A DNA stretch of 64,000 nucleotides from a virus. Lineage: Duplodnaviria; Caudoviricetes. The translations under genes and the position numbers were made by a program. The stretch is taken from positions 1 through 64,000 of the IMG/VR virus record IMGVR_UViG_3300013800_000006. One strand, written 5' to 3'. The notes under the pieces were generated by a model. The model ran no database searches. It had not been told where the DNA came from and was given only the letters and a program-made list of their open reading frames with translations. Numbering within the stretch: the stretch's first letter is position 1; every line of letters starts with the position of its first letter. Shown here one piece after another: positions 21,501 through 29,340 of the stretch.

Positions 21501-22624
21501 GTTTCCGATACTAACGCTGTATCAATTTCTTTAAGACTGGTCTCAGCACTTCGTAGAACTTGTAGTTCTTGCCCAAGTCTATTAACTGCTGTGATTTGAC
21601 CCGTGAGTGAATTAGTACCATCTATCAAATATTTATCAACAATTTCCAATACTTTTTGCAAAGTATATAAATTGTTTACAGATTCACGAGTTCCAGAATT
21701 AAAAAGTTTTCCAAACGACGAACTATCAGTGGTCAGTCTTTCAAAAATTGGCGCAAGATGATTTAAACCTTTTAATAATGAATCTAAAGCAGCCGTATCG
21801 CTACCAAAAGCTTGCTTTAATGAAGTTTCCCACTGTGTTGTATCATAGGTTAATAATTTAACAACTCGACCAATTGCCGCAAATGATTCTTCGATAACTC
21901 CTAATCGATCTTGTTGTAAATCTTTTAACTCTAATGGCTGTATTGTGATCTTAGCATATTGACTAGCACTTTTAAAAATATCAGTCACAATACTAGTCAA
22001 TTGGCGTTGCGCGTTTTCTGCCCTTAACTCAGTAAACGGAACAACAATTGCATCATTAATTGCATCTTTAAAAGGCTGCTTGCGACGACTGACAGCAGCC
22101 TTAGCCGCTTCCAATACCGCACCAATTTGGGCATCAATAATCGCCGGATCAAGACCATTAATAATGCTATCTTTAACATTTCGCAATGCAGCAACAAGTG
22201 TATCAAATACAGGTACTGATTTACCTCTAGAAGCAGTTGCTAGTGTTGATCCAACTTCAAGTAACGCTTTATCGATAACTTCTACATTAAGAATAGTAGT
22301 TTGAGATGCATCCGATAACGATTTAGCGTACTGCTGTGTCCAATTGCTAATACCATTTTGCAATTGGACAAAATAGTCTTTAATTTCCGGGGTAGATTTT
22401 CCAACTTGTCCAGCTAAATTGGAAATACTTTTGGCAGCAAGATTGGCTTGCTCAATCAGTTTATCACCGCCAATTCCGGCTTCTACTGATTTTCGCAAGC
22501 CATCTAAAACCTTCTGAATCGAGCTAGCAACTGCTGCGAATGCAGAACTAGTACTAGAAAGATTAGTAGCTTGAGCACTAAGATTGATTAAGACATCAAC
22601 GACTGTTTGTTTTACATCAGCCAT
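12530..22624 (-). CDS. Tail tape measure protein (3364 aa from ATG 22624)
   Basis: Alpha-helical Ala/Gln/Ser/Lys-rich; PhageMin_Tail/TP901-like core (TTRYGAEQAADGFKQLALAG...LHNAGLRGSLAGTALRG); C-terminal FATGG...DTVPAMLTPGEYVV; follows tail chaperone; GGAG 5 nt before ATG. Confidence 0.93.
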   Translation of the reverse strand: MADVKQTVVDVLINLSAQATNLSSTSSAFAAVASSIQKVLDGLRKSVEAGIGGDKLIEQANLAAKSISNLAGQVGKSTPEIKDYFVQLQNGISNWTQQYAKSLSDASQTTILNVEVIDKALLEVGSTLATASRGKSVPVFDTLVAALRNVKDSIINGLDPAIIDAQIGAVLEAAKAAVSRRKQPFKDAINDAIVVPFTELRAENAQRQLTSIVTDIFKSASQYAKITIQPLELKDLQQDRLGVIEESFAAIGRVVKLLTYDTTQWETSLKQAFGSDTAALDSLLKGLNHLAPIFERLTTDSSSFGKLFNSGTRESVNNLYTLQKVLEIVDKYLIDGTNSLTGQITAVNRLGQELQVLRSAETSLKEIDTALVSETTKVNRLAVAVQGLNNVFATAGKQPETFGGFSKTETTAKLLEQSLEQLTLKLKGLYDLSKREDGSQVFGSQLSLELSAAQSRVLQLSRQFQNLNSEIAKIRTDHIDASLVQTAKATETFEKLVVDGLVRVRSGILSLGESKLTNPIATSLSHLLNGLKDPIKLVNDLTKIYTKFVTTVKGNIATVSINGVKESFSDFSSLIKIVQDYVNTIYSVEKANLDAASATGKVSKSQTQAVQSWQETVTKLNDLTDTIIRNGKEVSNQSIIYKTWVTSVQTGFQEALDAQDRFIKSTSSVNTSVATIVKEFDIFDEVLNRNSKIIDSAIKKFSDLARTGAELPKQLKGISVSDIKVNSLQDLIDGLNRLKQSVSDSKNNLIGFASSAKLVDTEYRRLAESIGSAQIPTSGIEAAKQYEAEIIKISGAFKQAATAATDFSSLQNVYSDYKKNLQSVYDAIQSVIEAERRMSSSPVNLSALEAVRKQVTEQTAAINVGLQKGGASLDILLQQTGRLQELKNQFTQLNAAVQSSEQSLSRLGQSGVSSDTLKEIKTETSRLIAERQSLIAEVANARNRLDSAMQTAIRTVGTGGDLTQLQQAAKAADEAFNLLGQDVKNIPATVETLGTKVKELETAVAPVIRLNEAIQQAEKSLQGTASATSNFGTSFDFAIRTLVDDLIKAGTQIGLMRTNFETKPREVLQSFMDDLRIKADELSRSYIEITKSIHLAESAAQAGFSINTASLEAARNRAESLRIELERTREASATLRETINRSSPSSTVLKGYGDIASSMHEADDKAAFLSKGLRSLFTLMLNQNASKLAGSLGEVQNKTDLVASAVRKLENDLVGSMRNMEMMTMGLQMLGQAMIEPFQKGLEAFSKLEDTLTFIRGATGETEASIENLGKTTETIGSTTRYGAEQAADGFKQLALAGYDVEQQITALPTVLQLATAAETNLGSATNTVVQLMSSQRLAVEDVGKASDILSMAAIRTTATLEDMGTSFKYVGSIAGTMQNDITDTAAAVALLHNAGLRGSLAGTALRGSFQALLNPTKEESRVMEELSRRIGGAGLQITDSKGKFVGFVSLLQQFEEAGVQTNEVLELFGQRAGPGMAALLQIGSDKLKELESDLSGAEGSTARLAAMMEKTFAGRMQILSNSLGVLGESIGHSLSMALKPVVEIATAFVSKILVIREALGPLTPIIDNLVAGFAVLVLGIGTVALAWSMMLVPAAKFGAILQTLWVVLTKTASALLVVRDAQIAAALSGQALAISQAETWAAAVKAGSGLAGFVAVLRALSLALVTTPIGLFITALTTLAGVTFYLVQNMTTVNAELDRQAAIAVNSTKEFENLGKKIATVGVSLQAINNQNVKLDTSKLLNLSSVQEQTTKFKKLLDEVVTRYNESSDQVKKGLNLEKTFDTLTGQVTGLKVITAETGQVLTTFSTEMLSSKTVANDLAQSVSVLNNAVATYANKDAAIAAEEKFINKLREHLRVVQDTSYTSRASSQKELSDTQAYYAQLLQLKQMYVAAEAALDVAKNSNDEDAIQQARENLQKVESSIFNVVPTKFDFSTLIETLDSELQNSFAKTESIKQKAAIFSKTVSSIITDAIASIKVAHGVVDTDSVMKQIEKDLDQANTPYWLRGWMPSFMQGIFTLNSADKSALLAKVRESLQSTMEQVKTEANKVSAEVTLSNQFSAMQRLVAQMIKTSDTQVSELTTRMEDLKKVMQIYKDNADAFIKYRDLIANASKAKMDVGISAIQQQTEFALTQIKATYSTTAALGDSTFSTLSGAAIGWGKNVKAVNKDVFTTFASYQGEQKKIANDTASQMYSYYHNSLERQIDDLTRATSSVTENVYTIPVRLEAEYSGFNTSINGAVKYGSDAIRYFVADAKKETGVFLQYSITFDQKLFDSKVRLENEKTKIITSGLNKEKTEIAAHYNSILPLYKIGSADRIKVEQEFATKRRDLDLKGIQSVQSALDRVKELYKSNADKIKKIEEDKQSFISRANAKRDELENSGLNDAQKLAKQKLQIQQLTDQASLESTAGNLDKAKALYEQAMSKIEGLSLEPWDQQSKQFVTDSLNTVEKGMGNVSDRLKLAGDAQQTTLEKTAKGLEDMLAGFSNDLSNVEKDLKDLATSLIQLQKDNAKSIDLKFDDGNAIAKLSAIAEKKLELDRMFEKPLSIGLNTDQALADMEKIQNQQIGLEKARDQSSRNKQDAESAQKQLDSVNQLKAAYTELSKLTNSISTNQLPEGVTVGTTLKDVTKDGSDGQKQLEAITQALSGYEKGLNELMDTYSKADLSIPKQFYDELDKVRKARDSLSIDSKGGVLIDKSVGDVLEVDIDRLTKMREILGNLDTTKIDGMVNSFNTVGVKLTEIAAKADPLRDLRIGVSGTKGQAPTQALVETRKVLEEVAPALKELTGSSDQVTDALKRTGDAAQITTSDIKDVKSVAEQPIKTIDVSLQTNADTIVKEVQQAGPAIQSAMQNTIEPVTIPTTVQQPDFGTTVQQIAESSKELPTVEVKTDVAPLNLQTDVAALQNVQKELANLSALQDKANAAKIDLFTPDQLQRMDTVSNYIDGLLASTNNNQLTLKVNQESISNVISTLNDVRQQSGKVFDNFGKGLGGSQIQAQLDQLVKTRDDLSNKGPLTDIVDIGNFNKTTNGIMALTEAFKQYDTTKKSAADVPVISVGAEQTLTTVSDKLTEFQNHLADVRKQEFGFYINPDVETKLKDLQDQVTQFQTDATAGVHIDSSVLDQFKQKITDFANSLDGTPVQFDFSSLNTAYSKVEELKSLLSTTPTTVPVKTEDSAVTQTIDYLKQLVGYDKKTVNIDVITNLVNHNQSMNKLGGYNKGGLVEVLQAFARGGLAQIRRFATGGSTILSKLRGSIVPGSGNEDTVPAMLTPGEYVVRKSMVERYGLQFLNSLNSGLLQFRAFGGAIEGFPNLALAGMNQYLTPNLNTGSVDSSGLVDVRLHIGNKVVNMKSPRDEIKTLVAAAKQLER

Positions 22625-23333
22625 TATCTCCAACCCCGTAAGTCTTTAGCCAATCGTAACCACTCTTTACCAACTTCTTTACCCGATGCTTTAGGTTTCG
22701 GTTGAGTCTCTTTAAGCAATCGATCAACCGTTTTCTTATCAGCATGAGTCCCAACCCATACTGTATATAAATTATCGGCTCTAGCCAACTGCTTTCTTTT
22801 TGAGCCTTCCCTAACAAACACACCAATTTGGTTGAGGGTGTAGTTTTGAACATCCGACCAAGTATGCCCGCATTCGATTAAGAATGCAAGGGTACTCGCT
22901 ATAGTCGCTGGTTCGTCCCTGCCAGAGCTACTATTTTCTCCCCCAACCTGTTGAAGTTTTTTACTAAACCCTCTTGACTTGCTAAATTTAAGTCAAGACA
23001 AGCAATAAATAAATCAACAGCAACATTTAATGGCAACCGTTGTACATCAAATTCATCTAAACCAGACATTTCCGATAAAATACCAGGAGCTTGAGCCATA
23101 ATAACCGAAACTAAAGTAATAATGGCAGGCACATTATCTCTTGATAAATCTTTTAAAGTTAAACCTTCCTCAACAAGCAAACTACTAATCCCACTCAATT
23201 GTTTCAACACTCTCGCAACCGTTGAAACAGTTAAAGGCATAAGCCTTAATGTTGTTGTACCAATTTTAAAATTGGTTTCTGGAAACAACGCCAGCCAATC
23301 TTCACTATTTAGGGTTACTTTGTTACCGGCCAT
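22624..23333 (-). CDS. Tail assembly chaperone long form (G-T) via -1 ribosomal frameshift
   Basis: Slippery A-AAA-AAC at 22956..22962; the -1 frame reads ...LAFLIECGHTWSDVQNYTLNQIGVFVREG... and joins track ORF 22624..22821. Confidence 0.85.
22899..23333 (-). CDS. Tail assembly chaperone short form (G, 144 aa)
   Basis: Between tail tube and tape measure; slippery site near its 3' end. Confidence 0.85.
   Translation of the reverse strand: MAGNKVTLNSEDWLALFPETNFKIGTTTLRLMPLTVSTVARVLKQLSGISSLLVEEGLTLKDLSRDNVPAIITLVSVIMAQAPGILSEMSGLDEFDVQRLPLNVAVDLFIACLDLNLASQEGLVKNFNRLGEKIVALAGTNQRL
22956..22962 (-). other. -1 programmed frameshift slippery heptamer AAAAAAC
   Basis: Reads GTA AAA AAC in the G frame; X XXY YYZ phase is correct. 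Confidence 0.85.
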
Positions 23334-23348
23334 ACATCACCTCATTAG

Positions 23349-23372
23349 AAAGAGGGCCGGTTTCCCGGCCCA
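23349..23372 (-). terminator. Intrinsic terminator after the major tail protein gene
   Basis: Minus strand GGGCCGG-GAAA-CCGGCCC followed by TCTTTT. Confidence 0.7.
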
Positions 23373-23391
23373 AACTAATACAATAATACAA

Positions 23392-24372
23392 TCAAGCATC
23401 AAACACTTTCAAATCCAGATACGGGCTATCTGGATGAGCTGTAGCATCGCGAAGAATATCCGCTTGGAACTTCATATTGGCCCAGTCATCGCTAATCAGG
23501 CCCGTATCACCATTGGGAGCGACCTGACATTTCCACGCTTCCAATTCATAGTTTCCACCTTCCGGGTTGTCCGATACAAATCGCAGTTTACCAGACACGC
23601 TCAAAGCAGTCAAACCTTTAATACGTGTGTAAGTAGTTGCTGCACAACCAAAAGTGACAGTCAAGCTGCCCGTAATGGTGGACGCGTCCGTAATATAAAA
23701 ACGGCCCGTCCGTGCATCTACGATGTAATCTGTAGTTGCTGTGTAGGTCGTAGATCCTGACTTCGCAATTACCAAACCCGAAACAGCAGTGGGCAAGTTG
23801 GTTAAAGGAGCCGATGCCGTACTTGTCCCACCGGTAATAGTTTCTGCAGCGGTGAAAGTTCCCGATAGAACAGAAACTAACAAGTAACCAGTCCCAACCG
23901 CCAAAACTTTAGCAGTTGCGGTACTCGTGCCACCTGTAATCGTTTCATTAGCTTGGAATGGACCACCGGTTACTGTTCCAATAGTAACACGCTTCGTTTG
24001 AATAGATAGTTTACCCAACTCATAATACCGACCTACTTCTGGAGAAGCGATTGTCACTGACACTTCATCAGCAGCAGCCTGAGCCACATCTTCAGATGTA
24101 CCATAGACCAGCATTTTCCAGTTTTCAGACTCAAATTCTTCCAAAGTGAAACTTAACTGAGGAGCAATTTGCGATACCGCTGACTTATCTTTAGACTTCA
24201 AACCAGACATTGAACTAAAATGATCCAAGCGGGTCACGTTAGCTGTAAGCGAAACTTCAGTCGCATTTCCAAGATGACGCTCACCTTTATAAGAACTAGT
24301 TAGTTCATCAAAAGGCGCCCAGTACAAGCTACCACGACCCAAGACATAGTTTTCAACATTTGGAGTAGACAT
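23392..24372 (-). CDS. Major tail tube protein (326 aa)
   Basis: NYVLGRGSLYW...ERHLGN...LRFVSDNPEG pattern of siphovirus-type tail tubes; position before chaperone and tape measure. Confidence 0.8.
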   Translation of the reverse strand: MSTPNVENYVLGRGSLYWAPFDELTSSYKGERHLGNATEVSLTANVTRLDHFSSMSGLKSKDKSAVSQIAPQLSFTLEEFESENWKMLVYGTSEDVAQAAADEVSVTIASPEVGRYYELGKLSIQTKRVTIGTVTGGPFQANETITGGTSTATAKVLAVGTGYLLVSVLSGTFTAAETITGGTSTASAPLTNLPTAVSGLVIAKSGSTTYTATTDYIVDARTGRFYITDASTITGSLTVTFGCAATTYTRIKGLTALSVSGKLRFVSDNPEGGNYELEAWKCQVAPNGDTGLISDDWANMKFQADILRDATAHPDSPYLDLKVFDA

Positions 24373-24384
24373 AAGTGTACCTCA

Positions 24385-24864
24385 TTAACGGTTATAACCA
24401 AAAAATCGTTCGGTGTATTGAATTTCGTATTGCACAGCACAATCAACAGTATTAGGTATAACTTCCACTGTTTCATCAAACTTCATAGAGTATGCAATTA
24501 ATAAATCTTGTCCCTCTAATCCATCAACTCCTTTATTTTGCACGAAACGTTCGTCCAACTCAAGTGCTTTCTGTATACGCAGCTTTTTACTTCTACCTTC
24601 TGTATACATATTAACACGATCCACTAACTTTGACACATACTCAATTTGAATAGGTTGAGTAACAAGATAAATACCTTTATTACGAGTTGGAGATGATTGT
24701 CGGACGGTCATTAATTCAAAAATATGTAAACATGGGAGATTTTGATTCCAAATACCCCAAACACCACCAGATCCTTCATAAATTGGAATGTTTGTAAATT
24801 CTGCCCATAAACGACGTTTAAACTCTTTAATAATTAAATCAATTTTCAATTCAGGATCTAACAT
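24385..24864 (-). CDS. Putative tail terminator/completion protein
   Basis: Position between neck genes and tail tube; GAGGT before ATG 24864. Confidence 0.55.
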   Translation of the reverse strand: MLDPELKIDLIIKEFKRRLWAEFTNIPIYEGSGGVWGIWNQNLPCLHIFELMTVRQSSPTRNKGIYLVTQPIQIEYVSKLVDRVNMYTEGRSKKLRIQKALELDERFVQNKGVDGLEGQDLLIAYSMKFDETVEVIPNTVDCAVQYEIQYTERFFGYNR

Positions 24865-25651
24865 TTGCAACCTCACTAACAAAAGACTTAACCATTTTTT
24901 TAGCCTCTTGTTGTGCTGCTTCTGTTAATAAAGGAATAGCTTGCTGAGTGATAAAGGTTTCAGTTCCATCACGTAACCAATATGACGGTTTTACTGACAC
25001 TTGATGAATCAACGCATATAACCCTACTTGCTTAAATTTTACAGTCTGACCTGGACCAGAAACTTTGAACTTACCTACAATGAGTTTACCTGAAAAACTT
25101 TGTAAGCTTCCGGTTTGAGCATCATACTCACCTGGACTGCCCAACTGATAATCATTAGCAATACCACGTCTATTTAAAGGTATTGTAGTTGTTTTAACAC
25201 CAGAAGATTGAAGTAATATAAGAACTTCCCGTGGTAACTTCCCTTTTATATTCAATGATAAATTACGAAGTGAATATAAAGGTATTGCTAAATATTGATT
25301 GCCTGCTTTTGGACTAATAATTCCACCTACATCATAAATTCTAGCAAATTTTGAAGCTTCTCCAGCAACTTTAACTTGAAACGCACTAATACCACGACCA
25401 CCACCACCAGTTGTAACATATAAACTATTTCTAATTTTTTTATGGCCTAATGGCCGCATCACTGCACCTTTTTCATTACAACTTAATTTAAGAGTAGTTA
25501 AAAATTTTCCCATCAAAGTGGGCTTATACTGTTGATTAAGTGCTCTAAACCTAAATGTTGCATCTTGTTCAGTATTAGCTAACATCTTGGATAATTTAAC
25601 AAGACCATTAACTCCAACTGCACGCAATTTAAGATCAACAATACGAGCCAT
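24851..25651 (-). CDS. Putative neck/tail completion protein (266 aa)
   Basis: ARIYDVGGIISPK...YLAIPL motif; basic; head-tail gene position. Confidence 0.5.
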   Translation of the reverse strand: MARIVDLKLRAVGVNGLVKLSKMLANTEQDATFRFRALNQQYKPTLMGKFLTTLKLSCNEKGAVMRPLGHKKIRNSLYVTTGGGGRGISAFQVKVAGEASKFARIYDVGGIISPKAGNQYLAIPLYSLRNLSLNIKGKLPREVLILLQSSGVKTTTIPLNRRGIANDYQLGSPGEYDAQTGSLQSFSGKLIVGKFKVSGPGQTVKFKQVGLYALIHQVSVKPSYWLRDGTETFITQQAIPLLTEAAQQEAKKMVKSFVSEVANVRS

Positions 25652-26325
25652 TATACACTCTCAGCCGCACCAAAATATATATACGGAGATAAAATGGTTT
25701 GCACTGATTCTAACAAATCTCCAGCATCAGGTGAAGAAGCAACAGTCATTTGACCCGATGCTCCACGACTTGTCGATTCATTTCCTTGTAAAGATGATAA
25801 ACCTAAACCAGGTAAACGGTTATAAATCGCGATAGTTTGCATAACCAATGCAGAATGAATAGCAGCGTCATCAGTACTAAAGATATAACCACCTACATAG
25901 TCCAATTCAAAATGAATACGTGAGGCATCACCAATACTCAGATTAGCCACATCGGGATTAATTTTAATGAGTTTATTTCGTACAATCCAAAAATCAGTAT
26001 TCTCTACTAATGGTGCACTTTCTGTAATATCTGTCAATGAATCAGAATATGGATTATCAATTAAAACAATAGAATTGACTGTATCAATAGGTGTAGTTTT
26101 TACTCTAACACGAGTATCCTGTTCATAATAACGCTCTACATAATTATCTTGCACAAGTTCCCTATTCAGATAAGTCACCACCATTCCATACGCAACACGA
26201 GAACATGATATAACTCTCGGATCGGTTGTTACAAGCGAATCAGACCCATAAGCTCGTAATTGCAAAGTAGCACAAGCTTCTTTAACAACCGGAGTTAAAT
26301 AAAGACTGATCGCTTGCACATCCAT
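25651..26325 (-). CDS. Head-tail adaptor (HK97 gp6/phiE125 gp8-like)
   Basis: YLNRELVQDNYVERY...TPIDTVNSI...LDYVGGY pattern; follows capsid genes. Confidence 0.7.
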   Translation of the reverse strand: MDVQAISLYLTPVVKEACATLQLRAYGSDSLVTTDPRVISCSRVAYGMVVTYLNRELVQDNYVERYYEQDTRVRVKTTPIDTVNSIVLIDNPYSDSLTDITESAPLVENTDFWIVRNKLIKINPDVANLSIGDASRIHFELDYVGGYIFSTDDAAIHSALVMQTIAIYNRLPGLGLSSLQGNESTSRGASGQMTVASSPDAGDLLESVQTILSPYIYFGAAESV

Positions 26326-26327
26326 AA

Positions 26328-26642
26328 TTAAGCCTTACGAGTAACTTTACGTGACACAAAGGGCTGGTCAGCCACAACTTCAGGGGGCTGGTCAGCAACC
26401 AGTGGATCTTCAACACTGGATGTGGATGAAAGCTCTACAGAAACTTCTAGTGCTTCCTCTTTTAACCCAGTGAGTGTGCGGACTACATAACCACCACTGG
26501 TAGGTACGGCGTCTACTTGTTGCAAGTCGAGTCCAAACCGCTGCACCCATCTTTGACACTCCGTAATGACGAAACTGCCAGTCACAAGATGCAAGTTATT
26601 CTCTGAATCAAACAACTGGCGTCGGCATCTGTATATAGCCAT
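26328..26642 (-). CDS. Hypothetical protein after the capsid gene (104 aa)
   Basis: ORF track; operon context; short VADQP repeat. Confidence 0.55.
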   Translation of the reverse strand: MAIYRCRRQLFDSENNLHLVTGSFVITECQRWVQRFGLDLQQVDAVPTSGGYVVRTLTGLKEEALEVSVELSSTSSVEDPLVADQPPEVVADQPFVSRKVTRKA

Positions 26643-26660
26643 AAAACACCTTTACAGTAA

Positions 26661-26688
26661 TTGGATGCGGTTATCCAACCGCATCCAA
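26661..26688. terminator. Stem-loop downstream of the major capsid gene (terminator or stabiliser)
   Basis: TTGGATGCGGTT-ATCC-AACCGCATCCAA, 12-bp stem; only a weak U tract. Confidence 0.45.
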
Positions 26689-26705
26689 GCCGCAACTACA
26701 AAGAA

Positions 26706-27851
26706 TCAACTGGCCGAGGTTTTAATCACAACACCAGTTTCAGGTAAAGCATACGCCATACCTTCACGTTGTAACACACGCAAGAAAATTTTATCTTGCG
26801 TAAAACCAACATGCTCAGAGCGAGCAATAGTCATCTGCTGACGGTCGCCAATATAAAAATGCTGCAAATTGCCAAAAAACATGAATGGCTTGCCAGCACC
26901 AGAGGCCGTAATAGATGGCATTAACTCGCACAAAGTATATGGGAAACCCCAAATCATACCGGGCTGACCATCAGAGGTAGGCTGTGCCCAAATATAATTA
27001 CCAGTACTGTCTTTCAACTTGCGGAGCACATTCAGCACTGTACGATGCAGATAAAACTTAGCACCACTCGACAGCGCAGCCGGTAATAAAGATGTTACAT
27101 CCGCTAAATTATCGGCAGTCACATCAGAAAATGCAGTCTTAGTAGACGGTAAAGTGAACGCTGTCACATCCGAATTATGCAACACGCCATTGAACGGGTC
27201 TCCGGCAGTTACATCGCCAGTAAACACAACCCGATCTTCTTCTTTAGCAATGGCCTGTCCAAACAACATGCTTAATAAATTAGCAATAGGAATGGACGAA
27301 TCCGCCAACAGCTCACTGGTCATTGGCACCAACGCCGCCAGCTTCTTGATGGTCATACGGAACTCACCAAAACTCGGCTGAGTTTGGGGAATAGTTTGAC
27401 CTTCACCAATCCAGTAAGTCTGAACGCCGCCCGTCAACTTAGGCATAACCAATTCAGTGGACTGCATCGGGATAATTGTACAATCTTGACGAGCCAGACC
27501 ATACTTTTCAATAATCGAAATCAGTGTGTTTCGATATTCAGGTCGAACAAAGTAACCACCTTCGGAATCACGCCCTTCAGTCATATCTTTGACAATGGCA
27601 TCATCACGAACAAAAATCCCGCGAACCATGCTGACGAAATCTTTAGCCAGCTTTTCATTCGTGAAGCCAAAATGACCAGAAAAGTCAGTGGTTGAACCGG
27701 CCTGTGCAGCCAGTTCAACACAACGAGTTTCTAGATCCATAACGCGAGCTTCAAGAGCTTTTACCACAGCATCTTGAGCATTAAACATGCTAAGAGCTTT
27801 ACCAACAGATGTGGTGAACTCACTCAATTGTTTTTGCACATCAACGGACAT
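26706..27851 (-). CDS. Major capsid protein, HK97 fold
   Basis: EGGYFVRPEY, FGEFRMTIKKLAALVPMTSELLADS, AIAKEEDRVVFTGD, FGNLQHFYIGDR; start moved to ATG 27851 after GGTGA. Confidence 0.95.
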   Translation of the reverse strand: MSVDVQKQLSEFTTSVGKALSMFNAQDAVVKALEARVMDLETRCVELAAQAGSTTDFSGHFGFTNEKLAKDFVSMVRGIFVRDDAIVKDMTEGRDSEGGYFVRPEYRNTLISIIEKYGLARQDCTIIPMQSTELVMPKLTGGVQTYWIGEGQTIPQTQPSFGEFRMTIKKLAALVPMTSELLADSSIPIANLLSMLFGQAIAKEEDRVVFTGDVTAGDPFNGVLHNSDVTAFTLPSTKTAFSDVTADNLADVTSLLPAALSSGAKFYLHRTVLNVLRKLKDSTGNYIWAQPTSDGQPGMIWGFPYTLCELMPSITASGAGKPFMFFGNLQHFYIGDRQQMTIARSEHVGFTQDKIFLRVLQREGMAYALPETGVVIKTSAS

Positions 27852-27885
27852 AGTATCACCTTTAATTAGAACTAATGAATTGTTG

Positions 27886-29313
27886 TCAAACTTCAAGATT
27901 TGTTTTAAACAAATCTTGAAGTTGTCCTAAAGTTGCACTCAAATCAAATTCGGGCGTCTTGGAGTCTGGAGTTGGTGGATCAACAGAATCCGAGCTTTTA
28001 GCCGGAGATTGCAAAGCCAACACAATCGCTGATAATTCTTCCAGCATCCGCACCACAACAGTCATCCTAATCTTAAAGCTGGTATTCAGTTCTTTTAGCT
28101 CCAAACTGAAACTATCCATAGCTTCTTTTACCAATGCTTTAATATCAGACTCAACTGCTGAATCAGACTTTATTTCAGGAGCTGGATCTTGAATAGACTC
28201 AACTTCTGGATCTTTACCATCACCAATCAAAGCCAATTGATCAGCCGTATAAGCATCATCACCGTCTTTAAACTCCGGTGGTGTCCATCCTAAATCTTTA
28301 TAGTGCTTGGCTAAGTGATCATAAACAGATTTCTTGTCAGCACATGTACTTGCAAGCACATCTTTCATAGCTGAACGAAGCCCAGATTCGGACAGCATTA
28401 AAAATGTGTCTTTATAAACATGATGCTGAAATTTATACGCAGTAAAACTATCTGCATGTTTCAGGTCAATCCAGCCAAACGCACGAGAAAACTCAGCCCA
28501 GTTCATCTGCTCACTATCACCACTACCATCTGCACTACATGCTATGGCAATAGAGGTAAGAGCATCGATACCTACCAGTTCAGTATCTTTAGCCTCACAA
28601 GGCTCATACTCAACGACACTACTTAAAATCAAGGGGTTGTCCGTTTGTTTCAAAAAGCTATCTAGTTGAGCTGTCAAATCGGCAAGCTGCTTACCCACTT
28701 TAGACTCAACCAACTGAGATACAGCTTTGGATTGGAAACCACTAAAAGTTAAACTCTTACGTACCAACTCATCAGCACTGCGCTGAAGCAAAGCATCAGG
28801 ATTAGAAGGTACAGGAACTGGACTGATTTCTAACAGTTCCCATTGCGGGATAATACCCCACGGTTTAGGATCGTATTGAGTCAAATCAACAGTACGAGTC
28901 GTACCATCAGGTAATTCAACTGCAATTGATGTAATCCCGTCATCTAAATTCCAAGTCGGTATATAAGCTTTAGGCAAAAAACCAACCGAAAATGCATTCA
29001 TGAATCCAGTCTGATACATACGTTCTATAGCAACACTGGGTTCATCATCATAAAACTCAAAATCAAACGTAATCATCTCCTCTGTGACCTGAATGGAAAC
29101 GACACGCCCAACCGGCACTTGTTTCATCTGGTGGATATTAAGCATGACCGGATTCTTCATAAAGGAGTCAATAATAACACCTTTAGGAATCAAAATTTCC
29201 CGATCACGATCCATCGTCGCAGTAGAAGCAACAGCACTGTACAAATTCCGACCACCAACACCTTTTCGATATACCGGTGCTTGCTTAAAAGCAAAAGTTA
29301 CGTTATGAGACAT
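27886..29313 (-). CDS. Prohead protease (HK97 family) with long C-terminal scaffold-like extension
   Basis: DRDREI...NPVMLNIH...PVGRV...NAFSVGF...LLEISPVPVPSNPDAL. Confidence 0.88.
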   Translation of the reverse strand: MSHNVTFAFKQAPVYRKGVGGRNLYSAVASTATMDRDREILIPKGVIIDSFMKNPVMLNIHQMKQVPVGRVVSIQVTEEMITFDFEFYDDEPSVAIERMYQTGFMNAFSVGFLPKAYIPTWNLDDGITSIAVELPDGTTRTVDLTQYDPKPWGIIPQWELLEISPVPVPSNPDALLQRSADELVRKSLTFSGFQSKAVSQLVESKVGKQLADLTAQLDSFLKQTDNPLILSSVVEYEPCEAKDTELVGIDALTSIAIACSADGSGDSEQMNWAEFSRAFGWIDLKHADSFTAYKFQHHVYKDTFLMLSESGLRSAMKDVLASTCADKKSVYDHLAKHYKDLGWTPPEFKDGDDAYTADQLALIGDGKDPEVESIQDPAPEIKSDSAVESDIKALVKEAMDSFSLELKELNTSFKIRMTVVVRMLEELSAIVLALQSPAKSSDSVDPPTPDSKTPEFDLSATLGQLQDLFKTNLEV

Positions 29314-29340
29314 GATAACCTCCGACTAATTCAATAAAAT

